From the sequence record KJ019086.1: a DNA stretch of 64,000 bases. The stretch is one strand, 5' to 3'. Positions 46,763 through 54,660 of this stretch are shown here, one piece after another. The notes beneath the pieces are model-generated. The model searched no databases and was not told where the DNA came from. It worked only from the letters and a program-made list of their open reading frames with translations. The position numbers were made by a program, and so were the translations under genes. Within the stretch, counting starts at the first letter, position 1. Each line of letters opens with the position of its first letter.

Positions 46763-46807
46763 AGTGGCACAAGGGGGGTTGGCAATACCCTCTACACCTG
46801 CTATACT
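46748..46807 (+). promoter_or_regulatory. Element 20 (left arm lost)
   Basis: TGGCACA at 46765; TTGGCA-N17-TATACT. Confidence 0.8.
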
Positions 46808-46830
46808 AAACACATACCAAACAAAGAACC

Positions 46831-47007
46831 ATGTTCAAACTTCAACTCAAGTGGCAGAAAGAAGGTGAGTGGATTGATACAGTATACGCTCCTACAGAAT
46901 ACGCAACAGCTTTCTTTCGTTGGAGACAGTACCAAGAGCTTTGGGGTGATACTCACACCTATCGCCTCCTCGATGTGACACCTCAGGAAGTGGCACAAGC
47001 CTCCTAG
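46831..47007 (+). CDS. Hypothetical protein (58 aa, not in ORF track)
   Basis: MFKLQLKWQKEGEWIDTVY...; reads through element 21 palindrome. Confidence 0.55.
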   Translation: MFKLQLKWQKEGEWIDTVYAPTEYATAFFRWRQYQELWGDTHTYRLLDVTPQEVAQAS

Positions 47008-47033
47008 GCAAACCACCCCACACCTGCTATACT
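46974..47033 (+). promoter_or_regulatory. Element 21
   Basis: TGTGACA-N10-TGGCACA; TAGGCA-N17-TATACT. Confidence 0.9.
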
Positions 47034-47056
47034 AAACACATACCAAACAAAGAACC

Positions 47057-47338
47057 ATGAATTTCAAGTCCTTCCTTCTTTCCTCACTCATCGTCACCAC
47101 CGGGCTAGTAGCCTCAGCACCAGGAGCCAAAGCCGCTGAATGTTTCATGGGTGATGGCTATCGGGTTTGTATGGAGAGCTTAGGCATGAATCGTTGGGAA
47201 GTATCCTTCGAGAACAACCATGGCTCAGAGTTTATGGAGGTTCAGTGTATTGGCAAGAGTGTGAGTGATTGGACATCACGAGGTGATTTGAGTCAGTCTG
47301 AGGCAAACTATCTCGCAGAACAGTTCTGTTCCTGGTAA
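47057..47338 (+). CDS. Secreted 4-Cys protein
   Basis: Signal peptide MNFKSFLL...APGAKA; similar to 50744-51061. Confidence 0.7.
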   Translation: MNFKSFLLSSLIVTTGLVASAPGAKAAECFMGDGYRVCMESLGMNRWEVSFENNHGSEFMEVQCIGKSVSDWTSRGDLSQSEANYLAEQFCSW

Positions 47339-47371
47339 GATATAACAACTAACCAACTCTACACTATTATC

Positions 47372-47530
47372 ATGTTTGTATCCTTCACTGAAATCCAAGA
47401 CTACATTCGCGAAGACCAATACACATATAGTGAGCGTCAGTTCCGCTCACGCAAATACAACAAAAACGAACGTCGTTATCAGCGTCGTCAGAAGCAACAA
47501 CAAAGAGAACGCAACTACGATAGCGTGTGA
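47372..47530 (+). CDS. Small R/Q-rich protein (52 aa, not in ORF track)
   Basis: MFVSFTEIQDYIREDQY...RERNYDSV; stop in element 22. Confidence 0.55.
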   Translation: MFVSFTEIQDYIREDQYTYSERQFRSRKYNKNERRYQRRQKQQQRERNYDSV

Positions 47531-47584
47531 CAGTTGGAGAAGTGGCACACACTTCTCCACAAACCCCCCAGGGGGTGCTATACT
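47526..47584 (+). promoter_or_regulatory. Element 22 (non-consensus -35)
   Basis: TGTGACA-N10-TGGCACA; TCCACA-N17-TATACT. Confidence 0.8.
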
Positions 47585-47609
47585 ATATTCATACCAAAGG
47601 GAACCACCC

Positions 47610-47834
47610 ATGACCACCACCACTCCAAACCTCTACAACGAAGCTATCCGTCGTTTGGCTGACGGTTTCTCCTCAGAGTTCGCTGAGTTCTGTGCAGGAG
47701 ACGAGAGGGTTCATGAGATCATGATGGACCTCGCTAGTGAGTTTGTAGAAACCAATATCCCTGTAGTGAGTGAGGAGAGCCAAACCGATGTGGCATCTGA
47801 GCTCCTCATGAGTATCACAGTCACCAAGGTGTGA
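47610..47834 (+). CDS. Hypothetical acidic protein
   Basis: Start moved to ATG 47610; stop in element 23. Confidence 0.65.
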   Translation: MTTTTPNLYNEAIRRLADGFSSEFAEFCAGDERVHEIMMDLASEFVETNIPVVSEESQTDVASELLMSITVTKV

Positions 47835-47889
47835 CAGTCTAGGAACTGGCACAAGGGGGGTTGGCAACACCCCCCAAAACCTCTATACT
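47830..47889 (+). promoter_or_regulatory. Element 23
   Basis: TGTGACA-N10-TGGCACA; TTGGCA hairpin; N17; TATACT. Confidence 0.9.
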
Positions 47890-47914
47890 AAACACATACC
47901 AAACAACCCAGACC

Positions 47915-48463
47915 ATGAACTTCAAGAAACTCCTCCTTTCCACTCTCGCACTTGGTTCAGTTGTAGCCCCTTCAGCAAACGCTGGTTATACCTATGAGGG
48001 TTATCACTTGATGGATGGTTCTGACTTTCCTGGTTATGAGAGAGTGGCAACCCCAATGATTCAGGCTCTCAATGAAATGGGTGTTCCTGTTGTTGATGGT
48101 GGTAAGAATAACGTAGAAATGTGTATTCCTGAAGAGGAAAAGATGACTCTTGGTTTCTACGTTCCAGCATCCAATGTGATGGTTATCTGTACCAAGTCTA
48201 TCCCAGGTTGGCTTCAGATGGAGACACTTACCCACGAAACAGTTCATGTCATCCAAGACGCACGGGCTGGTATTGATAACGGAGATTTGGGAGAGGCACC
48301 AACCGATCACCTTATCACCCTCGCTAATGAGATGGATCCCGATAAGATGAATATCATCTACAGCCTCTACGATGAGTCTGATTACGCAGTAGAGATTGAA
48401 GCTTTCTACTTTGAAACAGAACCCCAGGTGGTTATGAATGAGATCCAACGTTGGGCATTCTGA
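47915..48463 (+). CDS. Secreted HExxH zinc metallopeptidase-like protein
   Basis: Start moved to ATG 47915; signal peptide ending SANA; THETVHVIQ and downstream EIEA glutamate. Confidence 0.65.
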   Translation: MNFKKLLLSTLALGSVVAPSANAGYTYEGYHLMDGSDFPGYERVATPMIQALNEMGVPVVDGGKNNVEMCIPEEEKMTLGFYVPASNVMVICTKSIPGWLQMETLTHETVHVIQDARAGIDNGDLGEAPTDHLITLANEMDPDKMNIIYSLYDESDYAVEIEAFYFETEPQVVMNEIQRWAF

Positions 48464-48505
48464 TACACTAAGTAACACTCACCAAACACACTAACTAACA
48501 ACATC

Positions 48506-48892
48506 ATGGGCACACGTTCACGCATCGGTTATCAACTTCCAACTGGCAATATCGTTTCTGTGTATCATCATTGGGATTCCTATCCTACGTGGTTGGGTAA
48601 GAGACTCACCAAAAACTATATCACTGATAAAACTATCACCGAACTGATTGATGGTGGTGATATGTCATCTATCGAGAGTAATCGCGACTGGGATCTTAAT
48701 GAAGTTGCCCCACATGTTCAGTATTATTCACAACGTGGTGACACTGGATGTGAACCCCTCCTTCACAAAAACCAAAGAGAGTTTATCAAAACCACTGTAG
48801 ACTGTTGGGGTGAGTATTCCTACCTATACAGGAATGGACGTTGGTTCTGTTATGATGAGAAGGGTAAGTCTGTTTCACTGAAGAACTTATGA
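48506..48892 (+). CDS. Conserved-looking phage hypothetical protein
   Basis: MGTRSRIG...SVYHHWDSYPTWLG...LIDGGDMS...EYSYLY. Confidence 0.75.
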   Translation: MGTRSRIGYQLPTGNIVSVYHHWDSYPTWLGKRLTKNYITDKTITELIDGGDMSSIESNRDWDLNEVAPHVQYYSQRGDTGCEPLLHKNQREFIKTTVDCWGEYSYLYRNGRWFCYDEKGKSVSLKNL

Positions 48893-49224
48893 TTAGCAAA
48901 CTGTTTTCACTATCTCTTGTTCTTGTGGGTTCTATCTTACCCGCACAGGCATACCCCAATATCGTATATTGGGAACGCATTGATTGTAACCTCATCACCG
49001 AAACTATCCAGAAGTGTGATAGGTACAATGGGCAGAATGGAGTTTTCATCGAATCATACTATCTGGACATATACACAAACGAACATAGCTTTATAGATCC
49101 ACGAGGACCTGAAATAGTTGTACCTGATGTAATAGAAGAAGAGACACTAGATGATATCCAACCTGATGTAGAATACAACGAACCGATAACAACAACAGAC
49201 CCACTCCTGAATGATAGTTACTGA
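48889..49224 (+). CDS. Secreted hypothetical protein
   Basis: Signal peptide ending PAQA; acidic tail. Confidence 0.55.
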   Translation: MISKLFSLSLVLVGSILPAQAYPNIVYWERIDCNLITETIQKCDRYNGQNGVFIESYYLDIYTNEHSFIDPRGPEIVVPDVIEEETLDDIQPDVEYNEPITTTDPLLNDSY

Positions 49225-49381
49225 TTTTTCCATATTCCTGTCGGCAACCACCTCCTATCATACCCCCTGCCAAACCGATATGGTTTTTTCACCTTTCCCG
49301 TCTAGTGGCTCACTGGTGTCTCAGCGAGGCACAAATGAGATTTCACCCCCATACCCCCAGACAGAGCAAAACTCATAACCA
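49221..49381 (+). repeat. ~160-bp non-coding block, copy B (partner at 39413-39574)
   Basis: Same motif order and spacing as copy A; abuts element 24. Confidence 0.8.
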
Positions 49382-49440
49382 TGTGACAGTTGGATTAGTG
49401 GCACACGAAAGCCCGCAAACCCCTCAGGGGGTGCTATACT
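49382..49440 (+). promoter_or_regulatory. Element 24 (non-consensus -35)
   Basis: TGTGACA-N10-TGGCACA; CCCGCA-N17-TATACT. Confidence 0.85.
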
Positions 49441-49462
49441 AAACCCATACACAACAAAACCA

Positions 49463-49819
49463 ATGATCTACTCTATCACTCACCAGGAGACTGGCATTAC
49501 GTATTCAGTTAGCACTGAAGATATTCGTAAAGTTGCTAACATCCTCCCAATGAACTCTGAGGAGTTGGCTGACATGATGACAGGTCTGAATTGTGACTCA
49601 TATGCAGATATGGCAGAAGAGTATATTGAAGAAGTTGCGGATATGTATGATGATGTGACACTGGCAACTGATAAGTTTATGAGTAGCACTGATGAAAGGG
49701 CACAAACAACGTTCGCCTACTATCGTATCATGAACTGTGATAACTCTGATGAAGTGACTACACAATATTGGCGTGATGACGCTATGGCTATGATCACTGA
49801 CTACAATGATCGCAAATGA
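49463..49819 (+). CDS. Hypothetical acidic protein
   Basis: First ORF after element 24. Confidence 0.6.
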   Translation: MIYSITHQETGITYSVSTEDIRKVANILPMNSEELADMMTGLNCDSYADMAEEYIEEVADMYDDVTLATDKFMSSTDERAQTTFAYYRIMNCDNSDEVTTQYWRDDAMAMITDYNDRK

Positions 49820-50127
49820 AACGCTACGGACTTTATTGGCTGAGAGCTATCACCCTAGGTGCTGGTCTAAACTTTGTTCTGACTGGTTATCTCATGGGTC
49901 ACCAAAAGTGGAAGTTTCAACATGCAGCTCCACTCTCAGCGTTTATCTGCGTGAATCTATCGTATGTGGCGGATCGTCTTATCTTTGGCGATAAGAAGGA
50001 ACCTGAAGATTTAGATCCAGATACTATTGTTATATCAACCCCACATTGTTGCCCCGTATGTTCAGAGTATCCTTGCACTTGTGACAGTTGGGAAAGTGGC
50101 ACAACCCCCCTAGGCAACACCCTCTGA
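49816..50127 (+). CDS. Hypothetical membrane protein with C-terminal Cys cluster
   Basis: Two hydrophobic segments; CCPVC..CTC; reads into element 25. Confidence 0.5.
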   Translation: MKRYGLYWLRAITLGAGLNFVLTGYLMGHQKWKFQHAAPLSAFICVNLSYVADRLIFGDKKEPEDLDPDTIVISTPHCCPVCSEYPCTCDSWESGTTPLGNTL

Positions 50128-50139
50128 ACCTGCTATACT
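50080..50139 (+). promoter_or_regulatory. Element 25
   Basis: TGTGACA-N10-TGGCACA; TAGGCA-N17-TATACT. Confidence 0.9.
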
Positions 50140-50163
50140 AAACACATACCAAAGGAACCAACC

Positions 50164-50361
50164 ATGAAAGTCTCTCAGGAAGTTTTCAAGAGTTACATTC
50201 AGATACTGGATGAAAACACACAAACATCATGGGATATCCTAAATGTTTTGAATGATATTGTTAGAGGTGACTGGGATAACTCAGTCCAGTATTGTTTGGA
50301 AAATCCATCAGGCGACCCTATGGATGATTTCAACTACGCAGGCAGTCGCCACCACTATTGA
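50164..50361 (+). CDS. Hypothetical protein
   Basis: Ends DDFNYAGSRHHY. Confidence 0.65.
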   Translation: MKVSQEVFKSYIQILDENTQTSWDILNVLNDIVRGDWDNSVQYCLENPSGDPMDDFNYAGSRHHY

Positions 50362-50390
50362 TCACTAACTCACCACACTAACTAACAACT

Positions 50391-50675
50391 ATGACACGCA
50401 CTCCAATGACAGTCACCCTCAAGCGTAGCGACTGGGAATGTTATACAGACACCCCCGATACTATCATCGAAACTATCAACTCATACTTCTCTTATGTGTT
50501 ATCAACTAAAGATAACGCGTTTGATGCACAGTCTGAGATATTCAAGTTTCTGAATATGTTTAGTGAGTTTGGGTTTATGGATAGTGAGTGCCTAGAATGT
50601 GCAACTAGAGTCATCAACAGATATTTCGATTCATACCTCTCCCGCTGGAGTCAGGTGGGTGATGTGACAGTCTAG
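50391..50675 (+). CDS. Hypothetical protein
   Basis: Ends DVTV-stop inside element 26. Confidence 0.65.
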   Translation: MTRTPMTVTLKRSDWECYTDTPDTIIETINSYFSYVLSTKDNAFDAQSEIFKFLNMFSEFGFMDSECLECATRVINRYFDSYLSRWSQVGDVTV

Positions 50676-50721
50676 GAAGTGGCACACGCTTTCCCGCAAA
50701 CCCCTCAGGGGGTGCTATACT
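50663..50721 (+). promoter_or_regulatory. Element 26 (non-consensus -35)
   Basis: TGTGACA-N10-TGGCACA; CCCGCA-N17-TATACT. Confidence 0.85.
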
Positions 50722-50743
50722 ATATTCATACCAAAGGAACCAA

Positions 50744-51061
50744 ATGAATTTCAGAACACTAGCACTCACCACCACCCTGGCTCTCTCCACTGTCCTAGGT
50801 GGTTTGGCTCCTGAAGCTAAGTCAGCTGACTTTTGTGACAACATCCCCGGCAACTCGGGATACGTTTGTGTTACCATGGGTCTCTGGTTCGACTTGGTTG
50901 AGGCAGACATACCCGCCTTTGGTGGTAAAGAGTCATTACACATCACCTGTGACAATGGCTGGTCATATCGATCTAATGGTAACTGGAACAAAGACGCCGC
51001 TTCCCTTGTGGCTAAGGAATACTGTGAAGGTGCTGGCTGGAACAGCCACTCCGAGGTGTGA
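50744..51061 (+). CDS. Secreted 4-Cys protein
   Basis: Signal peptide MNFRTLAL...APEAKS; similar to 47057-47338; stop in element 27. Confidence 0.7.
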   Translation: MNFRTLALTTTLALSTVLGGLAPEAKSADFCDNIPGNSGYVCVTMGLWFDLVEADIPAFGGKESLHITCDNGWSYRSNGNWNKDAASLVAKEYCEGAGWNSHSEV

Positions 51062-51116
51062 CAGTCTAGGAAGTGGCACAAGCCCCCTAGGCAAGACCCC
51101 TCGGGTCTGCTATACT
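51057..51116 (+). promoter_or_regulatory. Element 27
   Basis: TGTGACA-N10-TGGCACA; TAGGCA-N17-TATACT. Confidence 0.9.
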
Positions 51117-51140
51117 ATATTCATACCAAACAAAGAAACC

Positions 51141-51407
51141 ATGTTTCCACACCTCCACATCTCTGAATCCAACCTCGGACCTCACACCTCCACGTTTTTC
51201 AAAGTATCATCACAACCACAAGATGAGTGGCAGAATGGCATTTTCCATAACTCACCTTATGGTATCTTTCACCTTCATTCTGAGAAAGGTGTTTATAAGT
51301 TGGAACTATCTTCCTCAGGTTTGAATACACCTAAGTTCAGGAAGTGTAAGTGTGAAGATGAACTTACCGCACTCACTAAGATTCGTCAGTGGATGGATAA
51401 GTTCTGA
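51141..51407 (+). CDS. Hypothetical protein
   Basis: Start moved to ATG 51141; WQNGIFHNSPY motif. Confidence 0.65.
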   Translation: MFPHLHISESNLGPHTSTFFKVSSQPQDEWQNGIFHNSPYGIFHLHSEKGVYKLELSSSGLNTPKFRKCKCEDELTALTKIRQWMDKF

Positions 51408-51442
51408 TATTATCTAACACAAACCACTCACAACAAACTATC

Positions 51443-51616
51443 ATGAACCGACTAGAACTACTGACCCAACGTGAACAACTGATGGAGAGGATTGACTCTA
51501 TCTGTGATGAATTCTTTTATAAGAACTATAATGGAGATACATCAGAAGCAGATGAATTAGTTCGTATTCTATGTGATGCTGTTTGTGAAACCATAGACCC
51601 AGCGGGCATGGTGTGA
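51443..51616 (+). CDS. Small acidic protein (57 aa, not in ORF track)
   Basis: MNRLELLTQREQLMEEIDSI...LCDAVCETID; stop in element 28. Confidence 0.6.
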   Translation: MNRLELLTQREQLMERIDSICDEFFYKNYNGDTSEADELVRILCDAVCETIDPAGMV

Positions 51617-51671
51617 CAGTTGGAGAAGTGGCACAAGCCCCCTAGGCAAACCCCTCCATACCTGCTATACT
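51612..51671 (+). promoter_or_regulatory. Element 28
   Basis: Identical to element 29 over 61 bp. Confidence 0.9.
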
Positions 51672-51696
51672 ATATTCATACCAAAGGAAACCGACC

Positions 51697-51960
51697 ATGT
51701 TCCAAGTCTGTACCGAAGACGCTCTAGATCACCGCTACACAATTGATGAGTTTGAGACACTGGAAGAAGCCCAATCTTGTTATAACGAGTGTGTGAAGGT
51801 TGGAGCTGAGGGTTATGAGATTTCGGTTGAGTTAGAGGAAATCATTGGCGATCATGATGATTACGTTTCCATCGAGTTCACCGAGTGGTTTACACAAGAG
51901 AGTTGGGAGGAAGCACATCCATGGAATGATAAGGAAGGAGTTTGGGAGAACGTTGACTGA
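51697..51960 (+). CDS. Very acidic hypothetical protein
   Basis: 87 aa between identical elements 28 and 29. Confidence 0.65.
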   Translation: MFQVCTEDALDHRYTIDEFETLEEAQSCYNECVKVGAEGYEISVELEEIIGDHDDYVSIEFTEWFTQESWEEAHPWNDKEGVWENVD

Positions 51961-51961
51961 C

Positions 51962-52021
51962 TGTGACAGTTGGAGAAGTGGCACAAGCCCCCTAGGCAAA
52001 CCCCTCCATACCTGCTATACT
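51962..52021 (+). promoter_or_regulatory. Element 29
   Basis: TGTGACA-N10-TGGCACA; TAGGCA-N17-TATACT. Confidence 0.9.
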
Positions 52022-52048
52022 AAACACATACCAAACAAAGGAAACCAC

Positions 52049-52390
52049 ATGACCACCACCCAAACCAAAACCGAGTTCCTCACCGAGGCAATGATCGAAC
52101 AGGTGAACAACCTCTGGAAGGTTTATAACGTGGAGTCAGGTCACACCATCACCCCACTTCTTAAGTATGAAGTGGCTAAGAAGTACATCAAGGTCTATCG
52201 TTTAGACGTTGTGAATGGTGAGATTCGTGACGGTCGTTCAGTGTTTATGTTTATCGATAAGGAGACTGGTGCAGTTCTGAAACCAGCCTCATGGAGAGCA
52301 CCCGCTAAGGGTATCCGGTTCTACATTGAACAGTTGGCTGAGTCTCCTGAGCTCGTGGATCAGTATGGTAGTTTCCTCTACCGTCGCTGA
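52049..52390 (+). CDS. Conserved-looking phage hypothetical protein
   Basis: Start moved to ATG 52049; KKYIKV...FIDKETGAVLKPASWRAPAKGIR. Confidence 0.75.
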   Translation: MTTTQTKTEFLTEAMIEQVNNLWKVYNVESGHTITPLLKYEVAKKYIKVYRLDVVNGEIRDGRSVFMFIDKETGAVLKPASWRAPAKGIRFYIEQLAESPELVDQYGSFLYRR

Positions 52391-52450
52391 TGTGACAGCC
52401 ACCAAAGTGGCACAGGGGGGCTAGGCAGCTCCCCTTCTTTATGCTATACT
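52391..52450 (+). promoter_or_regulatory. Element 30
   Basis: TGTGACA-N10-TGGCACA; TAGGCA hairpin; N17; TATACT. Confidence 0.9.
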
Positions 52451-52472
52451 ATATTCATACCAAAGGAACCAG

Positions 52473-53726
52473 ATGGCTCTCACTCTCCGCCCCCACCAAC
52501 TAGAAGCACTTCAGGTGATGGCTGAGACTCGTCTTGGTCAGATATTAGTTCCGACTGGTGGCGGCAAGACTCTTATCGCTATCATGGACGTTGTGAGGAC
52601 TCTAGAGAACGCAGGAACCCCTCAGACTATCGTTGTGGTGGCACCTAGGATATTGTTAGCCCAGCAACTCTGTAGTGAGTATATGGAGGTTCTGAGTGAT
52701 AGGTTCGCCAACGTTATCCCCGCCCATATTCACTCAGGTCACACACCTCACTTCAGCACCACTAACATTCAGAAGATCCATCTTTTTGAGAAGATGATGG
52801 ATACCGCCAACCTCCACCGCATATACTTCACCACATACAACTCACTTCCACGTTTAGCAGAAGCAGGTGTGAGTGTCGATACTATTATGTTTGATGAGGC
52901 ACATAACTCGACTCGTAATGACTTCTATCCCGCTACCAAGTATTTCTCACAGACCGCTAGTCGTTGTTATTTCTTTACAGCAACTCCCCGTCACTCGGTA
53001 ACATCCAAGAGACACGGAATGAACGAGTCTGATGTATATGGTCAGGTCATCTACAATGTTCCTGCCCCTACACTTGTTCAGGGTGGGTTTATCATCCCCC
53101 CACAGGTTCGTGTTAAAGAGATGGAGTTTGTAGCTAAACATGAGCTCATCTCACAACGTGATACAAACCACCTCATCTCTTGTATTGATGACAACCACAC
53201 GAGCAAAGTTCTAGTTTGTGCTAAGTCAGTCAAACAGATCATGCGTATGTTTAGTGAGACCGATATCAGCCAACAACTTGATGATCGTGGTTTCTCCTAT
53301 ATGTACATCTCAGCTAAGACTGGTGGTGTTATCAATGGCAAGAAAGTATCACGTACTATGTTCTTCGATACTCTAAATGAGTGGGGTAAGGATAACAACA
53401 AGAAGTTTATTGTTCTTCATCATTCTATTCTCTCTGAGGGTATCAATGTAAGTGGTCTAGAGTCAGCTATCTTCTTACGTACTATGGATCACATTACTAT
53501 CAGTCAAACGATTGGTCGTGTGATTCGACTTCACAAGGATGATGCTAAAGCTATGAGAGATGGTTCGATTCGCCCCGGTGATCTTAACTCCTATACTAAG
53601 TCCTTTGGTTTGTGTATTGTTCCAGTTTATTCTAAAACACAACAAACAGTTGCCAAGTCTCTTCAGGCAGTTGTTAATACCGTCTTTGTGGAAGGTGAAG
53701 CAGCAACCACAGTTGTGAGGCGTTAG
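52473..53726 (+). CDS. Superfamily 2 DEAH-box helicase (ResIII-like)
   Basis: LRPHQ, VPTGGGKT (Walker A), FDEAH, FTATP, LSEGINV, QTIGRVIR. Confidence 0.9.
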   Translation: MALTLRPHQLEALQVMAETRLGQILVPTGGGKTLIAIMDVVRTLENAGTPQTIVVVAPRILLAQQLCSEYMEVLSDRFANVIPAHIHSGHTPHFSTTNIQKIHLFEKMMDTANLHRIYFTTYNSLPRLAEAGVSVDTIMFDEAHNSTRNDFYPATKYFSQTASRCYFFTATPRHSVTSKRHGMNESDVYGQVIYNVPAPTLVQGGFIIPPQVRVKEMEFVAKHELISQRDTNHLISCIDDNHTSKVLVCAKSVKQIMRMFSETDISQQLDDRGFSYMYISAKTGGVINGKKVSRTMFFDTLNEWGKDNNKKFIVLHHSILSEGINVSGLESAIFLRTMDHITISQTIGRVIRLHKDDAKAMRDGSIRPGDLNSYTKSFGLCIVPVYSKTQQTVAKSLQAVVNTVFVEGEAATTVVRR

Positions 53727-53834
53727 TATGAATTATCAAAACCAAGCTCTTGTGATACTTCTAGGTCTAATGGTTATAGCTGGTATTAACGTAATTCACT
53801 ATGAACAACAATGGCAATGTAGGATGCATCAAAC

Positions 53835-54545
53835 CTATTGTTTTGTTTCTGAATAATACCATAGGTAACCCTTCCAACGCGAACCCCATTTGATAGAAGT
53901 ACAAATACCCTTCCCACGATCCTCCTCATTAAAGGATCTCATCGCATCACTAATAGAGTCAAAGACGGGAGTAACATGACCAGTCTTATGAACTCCATAG
54001 ACTTGTTTCTTATTCTTAGCGTGTTTATGAATCCACCATTTGTAACCATATGCCGAACCCTCTCTTGTGATACTTCTCCTGATATTTGATGGCCTACCAT
54101 TCACAAACTCAGCGGCAGCAACCCAACCGTGAAAGGTTTTGATCTTACCCGTTTCCAAGCACCTACACTTGATCACGTTCTTATCATGTTTCTTAGGTTT
54201 CTTCTTTCGTTGATAACCCCAACGCCTATCCCCATTATGATATGACTCTTTATTATTCAGCTTCCTACCAGTATGTTCTAACACCAAATTGTTATATTCA
54301 GGTTGATACTTATTCATCCAATATTCCACTCTCTCTTTAACCTTATTATCATTCACTTCTTCTAGTATGCGTATAGTGAAGTCATCGGAGTTATAGTAAC
54401 CCAACGCATTCGACAGTGGAGTATTTTCCTCCTTATGATTTTCCAATATCCCAGCCCAAACTTTATTGAGGGGAAGCGTATCATAACCGATGTATTTGTG
54501 AGAGGTTTGTCTATTCAAGATGATGTAGATGTTTGTGATGCTCAC
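53835..54545 (-). CDS. GIY-YIG-like homing endonuclease with NUMOD1-type C-terminal repeats, possibly inactive
   Basis: NIYIILN...KYIG; two C-terminal units (TFHGWVAAAEF...SAYGYKW; VFDSISDAMR...WKGYLW); only minus-strand gene in the region. Confidence 0.7.
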   Translation of the reverse strand: MSITNIYIILNRQTSHKYIGYDTLPLNKVWAGILENHKEENTPLSNALGYYNSDDFTIRILEEVNDNKVKERVEYWMNKYQPEYNNLVLEHTGRKLNNKESYHNGDRRWGYQRKKKPKKHDKNVIKCRCLETGKIKTFHGWVAAAEFVNGRPSNIRRSITREGSAYGYKWWIHKHAKNKKQVYGVHKTGHVTPVFDSISDAMRSFNEEDRGKGICTSIKWGSRWKGYLWYYSETKQ

Positions 54546-54660
54546 GGAAGATACTCTCTATTCTGGTTGTATATATAAACATTATCTTTTTTTATCACAT
54601 GTGCCTGTTTATCTCCCTTATGAATGTTATAATAGGAAAGGAGAGAAAGAGATGAATAAG

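Noticed and set aside
47376-52390. Long N-terminal extensions in the ORF track (47376, 47861, 50799, 51845; likewise 30503, 32750, 41019, 46574, 55034, 55333)
   Set aside because: They read through promoter elements; the real starts are the ATGs 20-30 nt after each -10 box.
53562-53582. GGTTCGATTC T-loop-like motif suggesting a tRNA
   Set aside because: Lies inside the helicase CDS; no acceptor, D or anticodon stems found.
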